Made by a program: the position numbers and the translations under genes. Shown one piece after another: positions 34,367-44,833 of a DNA stretch of 64,000 nt. The notes under the pieces were generated by a model. That model saw nothing but the letters and a program-made list of their open reading frames with translations, was not told where the DNA came from and searched no databases. The stretch lies in IMG/VR virus record IMGVR_UViG_3300017769_000001, positions 32,001 through 96,000 of that record, one strand, 5' to 3'. The first letter of the stretch is position 1. Each line of letters starts with the position of its first letter. This DNA comes from a virus.

Positions 34367-34591
34367 TTATCCCCCTCTCTCTTCTTCGATAACTTTTCGA
34401 ATCTCTTCAAACCCACAATCATAAGCAGCCTTTACTTTTTCTGCCTTCTCCAGATCAGACGGAAGTGCAATTGAAGTAGCGACTGTCCACTCGCCCATGT
34501 TTTTCATGAAGGAAAGAACCTCAACCGGGTTCCCATACCAGATAGTCGTAAACACAGAAATCCGGTTTGTACTCCGCTCTACTTGAATCAT
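34367..34591 (-). CDS. Hypothetical protein
   Basis: Operon packing. Confidence 0.6.
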   Translation of the reverse strand: MIQVERSTNRISVFTTIWYGNPVEVLSFMKNMGEWTVATSIALPSDLEKAEKVKAAYDCGFEEIRKVIEEERGG

Positions 34592-34598
34592 TTGTCAC

Positions 34599-35192
34599 CT
34601 ACCGATTTTCTCGTCCAAGTGGAATGTTTGCTTCGAGTTTTGAAGCATAACACAGGATGTCATCTTCCGTCCAGAACCGATGGTCTCCGAGCCGCTCTTT
34701 CGAACCGTCAAGACCAACATCGATCACTTTCCCCGGAGCGTGGATTCTTCCATGCTCATGACCATGTATCATGATTGCTCCGCGATGACTTTGGTTGAAA
34801 GTCAGCATCGGGTAGTGGCACATGACAAGTTTCTTGCGGTTCTGTCCTTGTCCGATCTTGATCTCCTTCAAACGATCAACCGAGACAATCTTGCTACTCA
34901 TCTGTTTCAGAGAGTCAAACATACGCTCGTTGTCATGGTTACCGAGAATGCAGCGGATGTTTCCGTTCAGCCGACGGATGACTTTCATTGCCATCTCCAT
35001 TCCAGTTGTGCTGGAGTTGACAAAGAAAAAATCGCCGAGATGCCACACGGTGTCTCCAGAACTAACTTGCGAGTTCCAAAGCTCGATCAGCTTTTCTTCA
35101 TTCTCTTCTTGCTTCCACGGTCTGTCAGTGAACTTGCAGATGTTCTTATGAAAATAGTGGAGGTCTGAAGTGAAAAATGTTTTGTTTTGCAT
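34599..35192 (-). CDS. Calcineurin-like metallophosphoesterase
   Basis: SDLH, LGD, GNHD, CHYP, HGHEH. Confidence 0.9.
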   Translation of the reverse strand: MQNKTFFTSDLHYFHKNICKFTDRPWKQEENEEKLIELWNSQVSSGDTVWHLGDFFFVNSSTTGMEMAMKVIRRLNGNIRCILGNHDNERMFDSLKQMSSKIVSVDRLKEIKIGQGQNRKKLVMCHYPMLTFNQSHRGAIMIHGHEHGRIHAPGKVIDVGLDGSKERLGDHRFWTEDDILCYASKLEANIPLGRENR

Positions 35193-35440
35193 GGTTGCTC
35201 CTAAATCATGAACACCAGTGACCAGAGGATACAGAATCCGACGAAAGAGAGAACTGACTTCAACGTTGAAGTCTTACAACTGTTTTTTGTATTTTCCAAA
35301 ATGCCACTCCTTCATACTTTCGTTGATTTGGATCTTGAAAGCTTCCAGATCTTCCTTCGACTTCTCTTTCCAGTTCCGACGCATGTCTGAATTTTTGAAA
35401 TACCCGCCGTTTGAACACTTCACCCCGATGACGTAAGTCG

Positions 35441-35659
35441 TCATTGTCTGGTTTCGTAGTTCGTTTCTTTATTAGGGGAAAACAACATCCCACCGGAGAA
35501 CGCGTCACTGATAGGAGTAAAAGCAACATCAATGTAAGTCACACCACCGTGAAGCATACAGGTTGATAAGGCTGGTTCAATCTCGCTGAAGTACAGACGG
35601 GAAGAATCAGAACAACCAACCAACATAGCCAGCATTGCGACAACAAGTAACTTTTTCAT
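35441..35659 (-). CDS. Small lipoprotein
   Basis: Lipobox LVGC. Confidence 0.6.
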   Translation of the reverse strand: MKKLLVVAMLAMLVGCSDSSRLYFSEIEPALSTCMLHGGVTYIDVAFTPISDAFSGGMLFSPNKETNYETRQ

Positions 35660-35758
35660 AACGACACCTCAAGCGAAAATGATAACGAGCATGACTGTGT
35701 AGATCACAATCACGGCCAGATAGATACGAATTTCTGTAACTTTTCTGATACGACGCAT

Positions 35759-36187
35759 TTAGAACCTCACTTCTGGTGAGAATACGATGGCGTCTCCGAA
35801 AAGCTTTATCGTAGGTTCGATCATATACTTCGTATAACCGATCCCGATATGACCATGCAGACAGGGCGTTTGTTCGTCCCTGAAGTCGCCATAGCATCCA
35901 CGATATCCGTAGTTTACACCAATGGAGGCCGTTACGTCAACGTTCTCCATGATAGTGTAGCGCCAATGTCTTGCAATGAAAAAAGAATCACGTCCGAAAG
36001 AGTTTTTGAAGTATCCAGCGGCTACACTACCGTACTCCACTGCGACGATGTTATGAGTTTCATTCGTAATGTTTTCGCTGACTACATGACGGCTCCAACC
36101 ACCAAGAGCGACGTGAACCTCTTCCCGCTCGAACGCGTTTGCGTTTAGAGCGAAGAAGATCAATGAAACAAAGGCAAAAGCTTTCAT
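35759..36187 (-). CDS. Small outer-membrane beta-barrel, PagP-like
   Basis: Signal peptide, GGWSRH, NE.H, YFKNSFGRDS, G..YGY, terminal F. Confidence 0.65.
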   Translation of the reverse strand: MKAFAFVSLIFFALNANAFEREEVHVALGGWSRHVVSENITNETHNIVAVEYGSVAAGYFKNSFGRDSFFIARHWRYTIMENVDVTASIGVNYGYRGCYGDFRDEQTPCLHGHIGIGYTKYMIEPTIKLFGDAIVFSPEVRF

Positions 36188-36217
36188 ACTTTCTCCTACG
36201 CCCTCAACGAGCGTTTA

Positions 36218-37636
36218 TCAGTTTACTTGAATTACGGTGACTTCGTCTTTCAGCCACTCGGGAATGGAGCCATTCCGAGTAACCACGACAATGAGGGGAA
36301 TCTCATGTTCGTAGACGTTTAGGATGTCGCCGTGCGACAGATATCCGTCAGTGAAGATGACAATGACGTTATAGGCATCATCGCCCCATTCCTGTTGGAA
36401 CAATTCTACCATATGGGACATCACTGTACCACCGCCACCCTTCAGCGATACTGCGGTCGGATCGTCCTCGTTTTCAGATGAAAGTTGCGCCAGCATAAAC
36501 GCCTTGCTGTCACATGAAGCCACGTCGATCTGCCAGTTGCCGATTTGATCAACAATGCCGTGTAGTTCGGTCATTGCTTCGGTCAAATCGGAATCCGACA
36601 TAGAACCAGACGTATCAACACCGAAGCCGACTCGAATCTTTTCACCTTCACGTGAAGGAAACACTACTTCGTCAGTGGATCGACGATTGTAGTACGCATA
36701 TGTCGGCTTATCGTCGCGAGTTCGTTCAAAGAAATTGGCGAACTGATCCCGCCAGTCTACTTTCGGCTCACTCATTTCGAGGAACTTTCGGATGATTCCC
36801 ATTTCAGCATCGCCAACACCCTTACCCATCTGAGCCTGAGTGGCTGCGGCTCGAATGGTTGACGCGATCTCTTGAGACGTTGCAGATGACGATCCGCCAT
36901 CGCCACTGTTGGATTCAGGAGGAAGATCGAAAGCTTGCTGCCCGTTCTTTCCACCGCCAGATCCACCAGATTTCGAACCACCATTTTTCTTCTGTTCTTC
37001 TTCGAGATCCTTATAGATCTCGTCCTCAGTCCATCCATCATACTTGCGATCAAAGCATATCTCAAATACATCCTTCGGAAGCAATTCGACCGATCCGGTT
37101 TTTGCTCCATTACGAATGATCGCATCCATTGACGAATGAATGTAGTAGTCACACGCCACATTGAAAAGCTTCGGGTCATACCCTGCTTCGGCTCCGCGCA
37201 TCCCGTGCTCGTAGAAGATATGCCATACCTCATGAACAATCGCGAAAGACCGATATGCGCCTTTCTGGAGGTATTCCATGAAGAAGATTGGATTGATTAT
37301 CACATAAAAGTTCGTACCGAGAGCCATCGCACCGGCTGTCGGGAGATCCAGAGACCAGTAGAACTTGCACTGAAATGCAAGTGCGCCGAAGAACTGACTG
37401 AATCCAGTAACCCGGAAAAGAACATCAGAAAGCTCTCGCTCCCATTCAGAGGGAACATGCTGCTTCGCGATTGTCTTGAGAGATTCGATTTTGGTGTCTT
37501 TACCGTTAACTTCGATAGTACCACCACCGATAGCCCCAGAAGGAAGATTCCGATACTTTTCGACCAAAGCCGAATATTTGCCGACTTCAGAATCAGGAAC
37601 CCACGAATAAGGCTTTGTGTTGAATGTATCGGACAT
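36218..37636 (-). CDS. DUF2201-type metallopeptidase / vWA protein
   Basis: HEVWH, N.ACDY.I, DTSGSM MIDAS, GGGGT, FTDG; promoter TTGACA-17-TATTAT at 37711-37683. Confidence 0.9.
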   Translation of the reverse strand: MSDTFNTKPYSWVPDSEVGKYSALVEKYRNLPSGAIGGGTIEVNGKDTKIESLKTIAKQHVPSEWERELSDVLFRVTGFSQFFGALAFQCKFYWSLDLPTAGAMALGTNFYVIINPIFFMEYLQKGAYRSFAIVHEVWHIFYEHGMRGAEAGYDPKLFNVACDYYIHSSMDAIIRNGAKTGSVELLPKDVFEICFDRKYDGWTEDEIYKDLEEEQKKNGGSKSGGSGGGKNGQQAFDLPPESNSGDGGSSSATSQEIASTIRAAATQAQMGKGVGDAEMGIIRKFLEMSEPKVDWRDQFANFFERTRDDKPTYAYYNRRSTDEVVFPSREGEKIRVGFGVDTSGSMSDSDLTEAMTELHGIVDQIGNWQIDVASCDSKAFMLAQLSSENEDDPTAVSLKGGGGTVMSHMVELFQQEWGDDAYNVIVIFTDGYLSHGDILNVYEHEIPLIVVVTRNGSIPEWLKDEVTVIQVN

Positions 37637-37813
37637 GATTACCTCACTTGAAACATTGAAACCATTTTTTCTTACGTTCATGATAATACTGACACTCTTT
37701 CCTCGTGTCAATGATTGTGACCCCAGAATCGAGAGCTATGATCCGTTTTTCTGGATCATAGCTCTTGACTGTGGACTCAACCCCCGTCCGTGGGTGTCGA
37801 ACCCGGACAAGCA

Positions 37814-38968
37814 TTACTCGCTTGCCATTGCAGAAGTCCGATCCAGAACCTTCTTCAAACTGTCGCGAAGCTTGGAAAGCTTGCTGTTTGTCATGATCTG
37901 CATCAGAGCTTTCGGGTTTGCTCGCTTGATCGAGCGGAAAGCAACACCGGCAGACGAAACGTCGAATTCTTTGAAAATCGCGTTCAGATTGTCGATTGCT
38001 TCGTAGTCCGGGTTGTCTGCTTCCATCATATCAACCATGCGCATAGCGGTGGTGGAAATGATGATGAACATGATGCCGCGATCTGCGTTCGCGTCATTCG
38101 GAGCATTGTAGACGCCAGTCTTCTGAACTTCTTCGTAATCCGGCAACCAGCGTTCATTGCGCAGGAATCCGATGAAGTTGGAGCCAACCGAAGAGCCGAG
38201 GCACGACAAGATGCCCATTTCTTTCTCTGCCGGAGTCAGATACTGGTTAAAAAGAATCCGACTAACAGACTCGTAGTTGGCTGGGCAAGCAAACCCGTAC
38301 TCACCATCCAGAGCCTTTGAAACCAGATCAGAAGGCTTGAAGTTAACCCATCCAGCTACGGCGGGGTGGAGTTTTCTCTTCATCGCATAAGTGATGAAGT
38401 CTTCTGCGGTCGGCTCGATGAGGAAGTGAGCGCAGAAGCGGCGTGCCAGTGCTGGAACGATGCCCTTTGCACCAGTTTTGTCTTCTTTCAGGTTGCCGGC
38501 TGCGAGTACGAGAACACCTTCAGGAAGCTTCGTGCCGTTATGAATCGTGCGATCATGAACCAGACGATAACACGCATGTTGGTTCGGGATCGGGGCGTTT
38601 GCGAGTTCATCCAGAAGCAGAATACCGCACTCACCATCACGCGGGAACCACTGTGGAGTGGAGAACAGCATGTCCTTGATTTCAATACCGTCGACAACAT
38701 CAACAGTCGCCGGGTATGGGATGCCCTGAATGTCCGATTCCTGTTGAGCGCCAACCCGAACGTCCCAAATCTTGAACTTCGCATCGAATGCCTGTTCAAA
38801 CAGGTCTTTGACGTCAGCACCAATCTGATGTGTTACCGCCGACTTACCAACGCCGGGACTGGAGTGGAGCATCACAGCCTCGCCACATTTCTTGGTATCC
38901 GCCATTTCCTTGCAGATTGCCATGATGAAACTTTGCGCTTGGCTCAGGGATACTTTGGTCATTGCCAT
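37814..38968 (-). CDS. MoxR-like AAA+ ATPase
   Basis: SSPGVGKS, LLLDE, AAGN, PALARRF. Confidence 0.9.
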   Translation of the reverse strand: MAMTKVSLSQAQSFIMAICKEMADTKKCGEAVMLHSSPGVGKSAVTHQIGADVKDLFEQAFDAKFKIWDVRVGAQQESDIQGIPYPATVDVVDGIEIKDMLFSTPQWFPRDGECGILLLDELANAPIPNQHACYRLVHDRTIHNGTKLPEGVLVLAAGNLKEDKTGAKGIVPALARRFCAHFLIEPTAEDFITYAMKRKLHPAVAGWVNFKPSDLVSKALDGEYGFACPANYESVSRILFNQYLTPAEKEMGILSCLGSSVGSNFIGFLRNERWLPDYEEVQKTGVYNAPNDANADRGIMFIIISTTAMRMVDMMEADNPDYEAIDNLNAIFKEFDVSSAGVAFRSIKRANPKALMQIMTNSKLSKLRDSLKKVLDRTSAMASE

Positions 38969-39033
38969 GGGGTGTTACCTCACTTTTTGAATGTAGAACG
39001 AATCTTACCAGAAAGAATTTTAAAAGAAAAGCC

Positions 39034-40035
39034 TCAATTGAGACTTTTCAGCTTTTTATCGAACAGCTGGCGAACACGAGTGGTGATCGCTTTGCTGACC
39101 TTATCAGTGTCGCGATGCTGGGCCATTGGAGTGGCGTTACGCGACAAAACGTGCTCACTGATGGTCTTGATCAGGGTGAGACCAGAACCGGCCTTAGAGG
39201 TGTCTACAGACGCCTTGCAGGCACCAGTGATTTCTTCGTTCAGATCTTTCGGAAGTTTGGCGTCTTCCAGAACGTTGGAAAGGAGCGCGTAGATGTCAGT
39301 CTCGCTGAACTCGCCATCGGCGAGGAACTTGACGTATGGAACGATTTGACTGTTCCACGTATTCGCAATCGATGCGACGGCTGCGTTGAAGTTCACGATT
39401 TCAGCTTTCGCGCCGTTCGTATGGCGAACACGGAAGTTGAACCCGCTCTTTCCAGTATCCGTAAACAGCAGTGGTTGCCCATCGGCTGAAACCGGAATAA
39501 CCGACATCGAATGGTTTGAGGATTTGTCCAGAGACGTCTTCAAAACGATTTCCATGTGATAGCCGTCAACAGACTCCAGAGTGGCGGTGTCGATGTCTTC
39601 AACACGAACCCGCAGCTGCTGAGAACCGCCATTATAGGAGTTGTACACATAAGTCGGCTTCGACTTCGTACTCTCCAACATCTTCTGGAGATTCTCGTAG
39701 ATCATAGCCGGGGCGACAGCGGCATAATAGTCGCTACACGGCGTCAGTGCCTTCCACTCGTTGTCGTTGTTGCGGTCGACCATAACCATGTAATACTGGC
39801 CGTCACGACCACTCTCAGTGACGTACGCACCGTGCATGATCTTGTCATCGCCGTATGTCGCAGTGGCGAGTCCGTTGTCGTCGTAAGCTGGCTCGTGCAC
39901 CATGATCGGCGTTACTGCAATGCCCATCTTCACGTGGTTGATTGCTGCTTCCCACGCCTCTTCTCGACTGCAATTTGCAGTGTCGATGACAGTGACGTCC
40001 AGATCAACTTTTTCGAATTTGCGTTCGTAAGCCAT
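39034..40035 (-). CDS. Hypothetical protein, possibly DUF932-like
   Basis: GG.., TSLD.S, RVRHT motifs; promoter TTGACT-17-TAGTAT at 40095-40067. Confidence 0.55.
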   Translation of the reverse strand: MAYERKFEKVDLDVTVIDTANCSREEAWEAAINHVKMGIAVTPIMVHEPAYDDNGLATATYGDDKIMHGAYVTESGRDGQYYMVMVDRNNDNEWKALTPCSDYYAAVAPAMIYENLQKMLESTKSKPTYVYNSYNGGSQQLRVRVEDIDTATLESVDGYHMEIVLKTSLDKSSNHSMSVIPVSADGQPLLFTDTGKSGFNFRVRHTNGAKAEIVNFNAAVASIANTWNSQIVPYVKFLADGEFSETDIYALLSNVLEDAKLPKDLNEEITGACKASVDTSKAGSGLTLIKTISEHVLSRNATPMAQHRDTDKVSKAITTRVRQLFDKKLKSLN

Positions 40036-40145
40036 GATTCTTACCTTTTTGATGTGTTCGAAGTAAATACTAAAGACTTTCGAGGTGAAAGTCAACTTAC
40101 AAATAAAAAATATCGAAACTTTCGTTTTAAAGTTTACTTTCAATG

Positions 40146-40169
40146 AAAAGGGGGAATTATCCCCCTTTT
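40146..40169 (-). terminator. Terminator after rIIB
   Basis: AAAAGGGGG/CCCCTTTT hairpin. Confidence 0.7.
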
Positions 40170-40171
40170 CA

Positions 40172-41152
40172 TCAGACCTTGCCAGTTACTTCTTCGATAA
40201 CCTTGTACTTACAGACACGAGCCTTGGCGTTATTGTAATCGACCGGAATCGACACGAAGTCAGCAGGATCGACCAGAACCTTGACCACCCGAGAGCCGTT
40301 GAATTGTGACAGGTAGCTCTTTGCACATACGTGGTATCCGCGAGAGCAAGTCTGATGCTTGTCGGCGTTGACTTCCCAGCGGGGCATGTATGGCTCCTGA
40401 CCGATGGAGTTGTCAACCGTGTTCGAATGGCAATCCTTCCAGTTTTCGCGAATCTTCTTGAAAGCGACAACCATACCGTCGTCGTCGATCTCGATGTCGT
40501 TGTGCTGGAGGAACCCGAACAGCTGCTGTACCGAATCCTTTGAAGGATTTTGGTACAGGCGATCAGTGAACTTAACAAGACGGTTCAGACCACTGTCATC
40601 ATCAGCCCGTGCTGCTTCGATCAGTCGATCCCCCAGATCGGCAGAGATAACACGACCGGAATAGCGAACAACACCAGCTTTAGTGTCGACTTCAACGCGC
40701 CCACGCGTCAGCTTGATGAACTGTTCCTTTTCAGAAATCATTTCAAAAGCAGCCTTCAGCTGATCTTGCGTTGGCTTCCCTTGACTTTTCAGGAGATCGG
40801 TTACGATCTTATCAAACCGAGGATCGGTGTTCTCCAGATTCTCGGTTTCCTTTTCAGAGCCGGTGATCTTGCTGATTGACAGGAAAGAACCGGTCAGGAT
40901 GAAGTTGAACTTTGAACTTTCATCAACAACGACAGGGTCTTTCTTCGCTGGACTCTTCTTTGCACTCTTCCGGTGCTTCTGCTTCTCAGGGGTCTTAACT
41001 GCGATTGCCTGACCGCTTTCACGGTGGTGCTGAAGCGCACGGCGAACCGTACGCTCGGAAGTGTTCAGGATGCCTGCGATTTCAGAAACAGTTTTCCCGT
41101 TCTGAATCTTCAGCTTTGCAGCACGAGCCGCGATGTTTTTGTATACAGCCAT
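40172..41152 (-). CDS. rIIB: rIIB-like protein
   Basis: N-terminal HTH, NPS...QLFGFL, CS.GYHV, V.PAD.VSIP.DYN..K.RVC.Y.V. Confidence 0.9.
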   Translation of the reverse strand: MAVYKNIAARAAKLKIQNGKTVSEIAGILNTSERTVRRALQHHRESGQAIAVKTPEKQKHRKSAKKSPAKKDPVVVDESSKFNFILTGSFLSISKITGSEKETENLENTDPRFDKIVTDLLKSQGKPTQDQLKAAFEMISEKEQFIKLTRGRVEVDTKAGVVRYSGRVISADLGDRLIEAARADDDSGLNRLVKFTDRLYQNPSKDSVQQLFGFLQHNDIEIDDDGMVVAFKKIRENWKDCHSNTVDNSIGQEPYMPRWEVNADKHQTCSRGYHVCAKSYLSQFNGSRVVKVLVDPADFVSIPVDYNNAKARVCKYKVIEEVTGKV

Positions 41153-41185
41153 GATTTTCTCCTAACTTTGAATTTGGTTCAGTGT

Positions 41186-43309
41186 TCAGACATTAAAGCC
41201 GTTTTTGCGACAGAAGTCAACCATCTTGATGATCTTTTCTTGGTCAGAAGTCAGACCGTAGCTCATGATACAGCTAACCACCAGATTGTTGTAGATTGAT
41301 TCGACCTTTTCAATCGCGTCGACAAAATCCTTAACTTCGTCCGTGCAATGACCTTCCCATTCCGCAAGCAGACCAGTAGTGTCGTCCGAAGGCCGTCCGA
41401 CAATGTAATTGACAATGTCATCGACATTGCGGACGTAATCTCGGTACTTGTCAACTACCTTTTCACATTCCGGGTTGTCACCATATTGTAGGTATTTTTC
41501 GATACTCGAATCACGCAGCTTTGGGTTTGCTTTGTCTGCACGGATAAAGTAACTATCGAGAGCCATCATCTTCATGATGTCAGATTTTTTCGATTGCAAA
41601 AACTGCTTCAAAACAACATCATATCGAGCGAATCCGGCTTTCTTGATTTTGTTCTTGTTGTTTGCGGTTTCAACCACGTATTGGATGTCATCGCCGAAGA
41701 TAGACGGGACGAAGTAGCGATCATAGTCTACCAGATCGGAAGTGATTACCAGAGTCTTTTTGATGTCATAGACTCTGTTATCAGCTCGTGCGACCGATCC
41801 GCTCGTCTGTACAACCCGACCATAGATGGTTTCATCCGACTTCGTGCTGGTGGCTGTTCGGTTCGAACTCACACGAACTTTCTTGACTTCATTCTTGATG
41901 TCGGAAAGCTTGACATGCTTAATGTCTCGCCCGATACGAGCAGACAAGCGGCGAACGAAGTTTTTGCTTACCTCCCCTTCACGCTCACGGATAAGAATCA
42001 TATCCTTCGACAGACTGTGCAGCTTGATGTAACGATTAACGTTCGTCTTAATACCAGACTCACTCAAACCGATATCGTTCTCAACCAAAACTATAGAGTT
42101 GTATTTCTGGTAGCTGCTTTTGCAGAGTTCATTATAAGACAGCCGTTTCAGATATACTGGACTGCGCTTATAAATGCCAGCAGGAGTTGTCCGAGTAACA
42201 CTTGCAGACAGCCCATTCACAGACACGCCGAGGTTCTTGAACTTGTAAACATAAAGTCGCGTTCCGTTATAAGTGAATGTGCTGTACTTGCTGTTTTGTA
42301 GTGACGGAACCTCCGCATCCAAAATGTCCAACGCTTCAGTCCAGTTGGAAGCCGCAGAGATTTTATCCTGAATTTCTTGTTTTACTTTTTCAACAATATC
42401 ATTCACTCGGGCAGTAAGCTTTTCTTCAGTACCTTCAACCATCGAAAGCATTTCACGCGGAGCCGCCGGTTTCAGTTCTCCGTCTTCAAATGGGATGACA
42501 ATGGAGTCATCACCCACAAGCATACGGAAGAACGCACTTTCGCAGTCACGAACGACAGAACTGGGATACGGATAGATGACATTGTTCATCAGCGCGTACA
42601 CCCGATGACCGCTATACAGGCGAGAGTCTGAGAATAGTGACATTCTGGCGTATCCGCGCTCTTCAAACTGATCAAACGCGTCGTTGCAACGCAGGTTGAA
42701 ATCCTCACGACCGTGAATGATTGGGCGAGTCTTGAAGAAAGAAGCGACCGTCATTGTCTCGTGATAGAATTTATCCATGTCCTGTTCTTTAACGGGTACA
42801 CGAACCTCAACCCCATTACCGCGAGTCGTCGGTTGTTCGTGGATCAGTTCGATCACCGGCATCCCATCTTCATTGATCAGGGCAGCATACGTCCGAGTAA
42901 CACCGTCATAGTGAGCAACCACTTCGAAAGCATCGGTATACGCGAATGGAGTTTTACCGCCAATCCCGAAACCACCAGTTAGCTTGGCGGACTTGGTTTT
43001 GGTGGATTTGAACGCAGCCGCGAACACTGTACGAACACCAGTGTCGTCCAGACCAATGCCGTGATCGATGACAGAGAACACTTTGTTGAAGCGGTTTGGC
43101 AGTTGGATTTCAAAAGGAACATCCATCTTTCCGGCGTCGATGTGTGCGTCATTGGCGTTGCAGCAGATTTCGCGAACGATGGCAGCAATCTTGTGTTCAT
43201 AGATGCCGTCGAAAATGATGTTATACGCGGCTGCATTCATTTCTGCATCGAACGCAGTAGCGTTCGTGCCTGAAGTCATTACTTGACGTCCGAATTGGTC
43301 GAGTTTCAT
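41186..43309 (-). CDS. rIIA: rIIA-like protein (GHKL ATPase N-terminus)
   Basis: Y..K..AIVRE..CNA.DAH, D.GIG, STK, GGFGIG.K.PFAYTD. Confidence 0.9.
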   Translation of the reverse strand: MKLDQFGRQVMTSGTNATAFDAEMNAAAYNIIFDGIYEHKIAAIVREICCNANDAHIDAGKMDVPFEIQLPNRFNKVFSVIDHGIGLDDTGVRTVFAAAFKSTKTKSAKLTGGFGIGGKTPFAYTDAFEVVAHYDGVTRTYAALINEDGMPVIELIHEQPTTRGNGVEVRVPVKEQDMDKFYHETMTVASFFKTRPIIHGREDFNLRCNDAFDQFEERGYARMSLFSDSRLYSGHRVYALMNNVIYPYPSSVVRDCESAFFRMLVGDDSIVIPFEDGELKPAAPREMLSMVEGTEEKLTARVNDIVEKVKQEIQDKISAASNWTEALDILDAEVPSLQNSKYSTFTYNGTRLYVYKFKNLGVSVNGLSASVTRTTPAGIYKRSPVYLKRLSYNELCKSSYQKYNSIVLVENDIGLSESGIKTNVNRYIKLHSLSKDMILIREREGEVSKNFVRRLSARIGRDIKHVKLSDIKNEVKKVRVSSNRTATSTKSDETIYGRVVQTSGSVARADNRVYDIKKTLVITSDLVDYDRYFVPSIFGDDIQYVVETANNKNKIKKAGFARYDVVLKQFLQSKKSDIMKMMALDSYFIRADKANPKLRDSSIEKYLQYGDNPECEKVVDKYRDYVRNVDDIVNYIVGRPSDDTTGLLAEWEGHCTDEVKDFVDAIEKVESIYNNLVVSCIMSYGLTSDQEKIIKMVDFCRKNGFNV

Positions 43310-43410
43310 GTTACTTTTCTCCAGTCAGTATGTTACAGGTATTCTTTAACTTTGACTCGAAGTGTGCAAGCAGTCGTATCTTTGCACACTTCGAAGTAAA
43401 TTGCAAACTT

Positions 43411-43941
43411 TTATTTCAGAGTTTCATCCAACCAAACGATACATTTGATGAATTTCACTCCATTGGAGTGTTGGATTGTGACGTCACCAAAGACTTCTCG
43501 ACACTCGTCAAGATACGACTCCAGAGGCATACGATTCTGCCAGCCATCCCGAGTTTCACCCGCTTGGGATGACCCGTCTCCAGCATAAACAGTGATCACG
43601 ACATAACCACCGTTGCGCATCATTTCTCTCGCTTGTTTGAGAACCGAAATTCTCTCTTCACGATCTTTGATGACATTAAGCACGTTGCTGATAGTCGTCA
43701 CGTGCGGTGGATGTCGTTTCAGCAATTCCAGACAAACTTCATTGGTAAGTCTGGGTTGGTTGTGGGGGTCATAACCGAAGTATGCGAATCCATTATCCTC
43801 GCACCACTGCTGGAACTTTGCAGGTTTTCCGCAGCCAAGATCGAATACTCGCGGTTTGGTGACTTCACCAAAATTCAACACTGACAACGCATGGCGAATC
43901 TTGGGTAACTGGTTTCTTGCTGTTTTCTTTGAATCAATCAT
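43411..43941 (-). CDS. Class I SAM-dependent methyltransferase
   Basis: VFDLGCGK, GYDP, SNVLNVI. Confidence 0.8.
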   Translation of the reverse strand: MIDSKKTARNQLPKIRHALSVLNFGEVTKPRVFDLGCGKPAKFQQWCEDNGFAYFGYDPHNQPRLTNEVCLELLKRHPPHVTTISNVLNVIKDREERISVLKQAREMMRNGGYVVITVYAGDGSSQAGETRDGWQNRMPLESYLDECREVFGDVTIQHSNGVKFIKCIVWLDETLK

Positions 43942-43952
43942 GGTAGCACCTG

Positions 43953-44309
43953 TTAACGAATGTCCCAGCAATCTGACGTACTCTTGTCAACTTCCAGAAC
44001 GTATGGCTTCAATTCGGATTGAATGCGTTTCGCTTGCCTGATTCGGCAGCGATCGCTGTCAGTACAAGAAATCAAGCCGCTTCCTAGACGATAGTAGACG
44101 TCCAGCAGCTCGGCGTCATTCCGGATTTCAATGACAGTCTTATTCCGCTCCAGAATCTGATACGTATGGTGTTCTGGACTGATGACATTCGGATGCGTTG
44201 GATCGGCTTTGAACTCGGCAACGGCATCCCAGTATGCCGGTTCTTCGGAATCACTGAAAGTTTCAATGAAATCGGCAGTAGCCTTGACTTTGATAGGATA
44301 GTTGTTCAT
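43953..44309 (-). CDS. Early hypothetical protein
   Basis: Conserved AAGGGAAAAGGT-ATG leader. Confidence 0.7.
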   Translation of the reverse strand: MNNYPIKVKATADFIETFSDSEEPAYWDAVAEFKADPTHPNVISPEHHTYQILERNKTVIEIRNDAELLDVYYRLGSGLISCTDSDRCRIRQAKRIQSELKPYVLEVDKSTSDCWDIR

Positions 44310-44563
44310 ACCTTTTCCCTTTTCTGACGAATGTACTCTTTGATAACAGCAGAAACTGCTTCAGTCACGTCCCTGCCGTCTTTATCTACCGCGTACAGAA
44401 CGGAACCACACTTGTTATCAGCCGGAACCGCACGGATGGCGATGAATGCGCGACCTTTGCTGTTACGGACGTGATCAACACTATATCCGCGAATGACGTT
44501 GATAGTCGCCCTGATAACTTCACGGCGCACTTTCGGATGATTCAGTGACGTTTTAGTGATCAT
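44306..44563 (-). CDS. Early hypothetical protein
   Basis: Starts at the end of promoter cassette copy 1. Confidence 0.7.
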   Translation of the reverse strand: MITKTSLNHPKVRREVIRATINVIRGYSVDHVRNSKGRAFIAIRAVPADNKCGSVLYAVDKDGRDVTEAVSAVIKEYIRQKREKV

Positions 44564-44643
44564 ACCTTTCCCCTTTCCAACTTTCATTTCAAAACTTCAC
44601 TACGTGTGCCACTGTATCAACAATGGCACCGATAGTCAAGTCT
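44561..44643 (-). repeat. Early promoter / palindrome / RBS cassette, copy 1
   Basis: TTGACT-17-TACAGT with palindrome GTGCCA(T)TGT..ACAGTGGCAC, then GGAAAGGGGAAAGGT-ATG. Confidence 0.9.
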
Positions 44644-44647
44644 CCTG

Positions 44648-44833
44648 TTAAACTTTTCGAGTAATCAGGTTTGCGTTGCGAACCCGCTCACACACGGACT
44701 TGCGACCGTTCTTCATACCCTTTCGGGGGATGACGACGTCAGTATAGCCGTTCGGAGCATTCAGCGGAGAATCCGCATACTTGCCAAGCGGGTACACTTG
44801 TTCACCAGTAGATTTCAGTACGACTTGTTTCAT
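44648..44833 (-). CDS. Early hypothetical protein
   Basis: TAATG coupling. Confidence 0.6.
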   Translation of the reverse strand: MKQVVLKSTGEQVYPLGKYADSPLNAPNGYTDVVIPRKGMKNGRKSVCERVRNANLITRKV

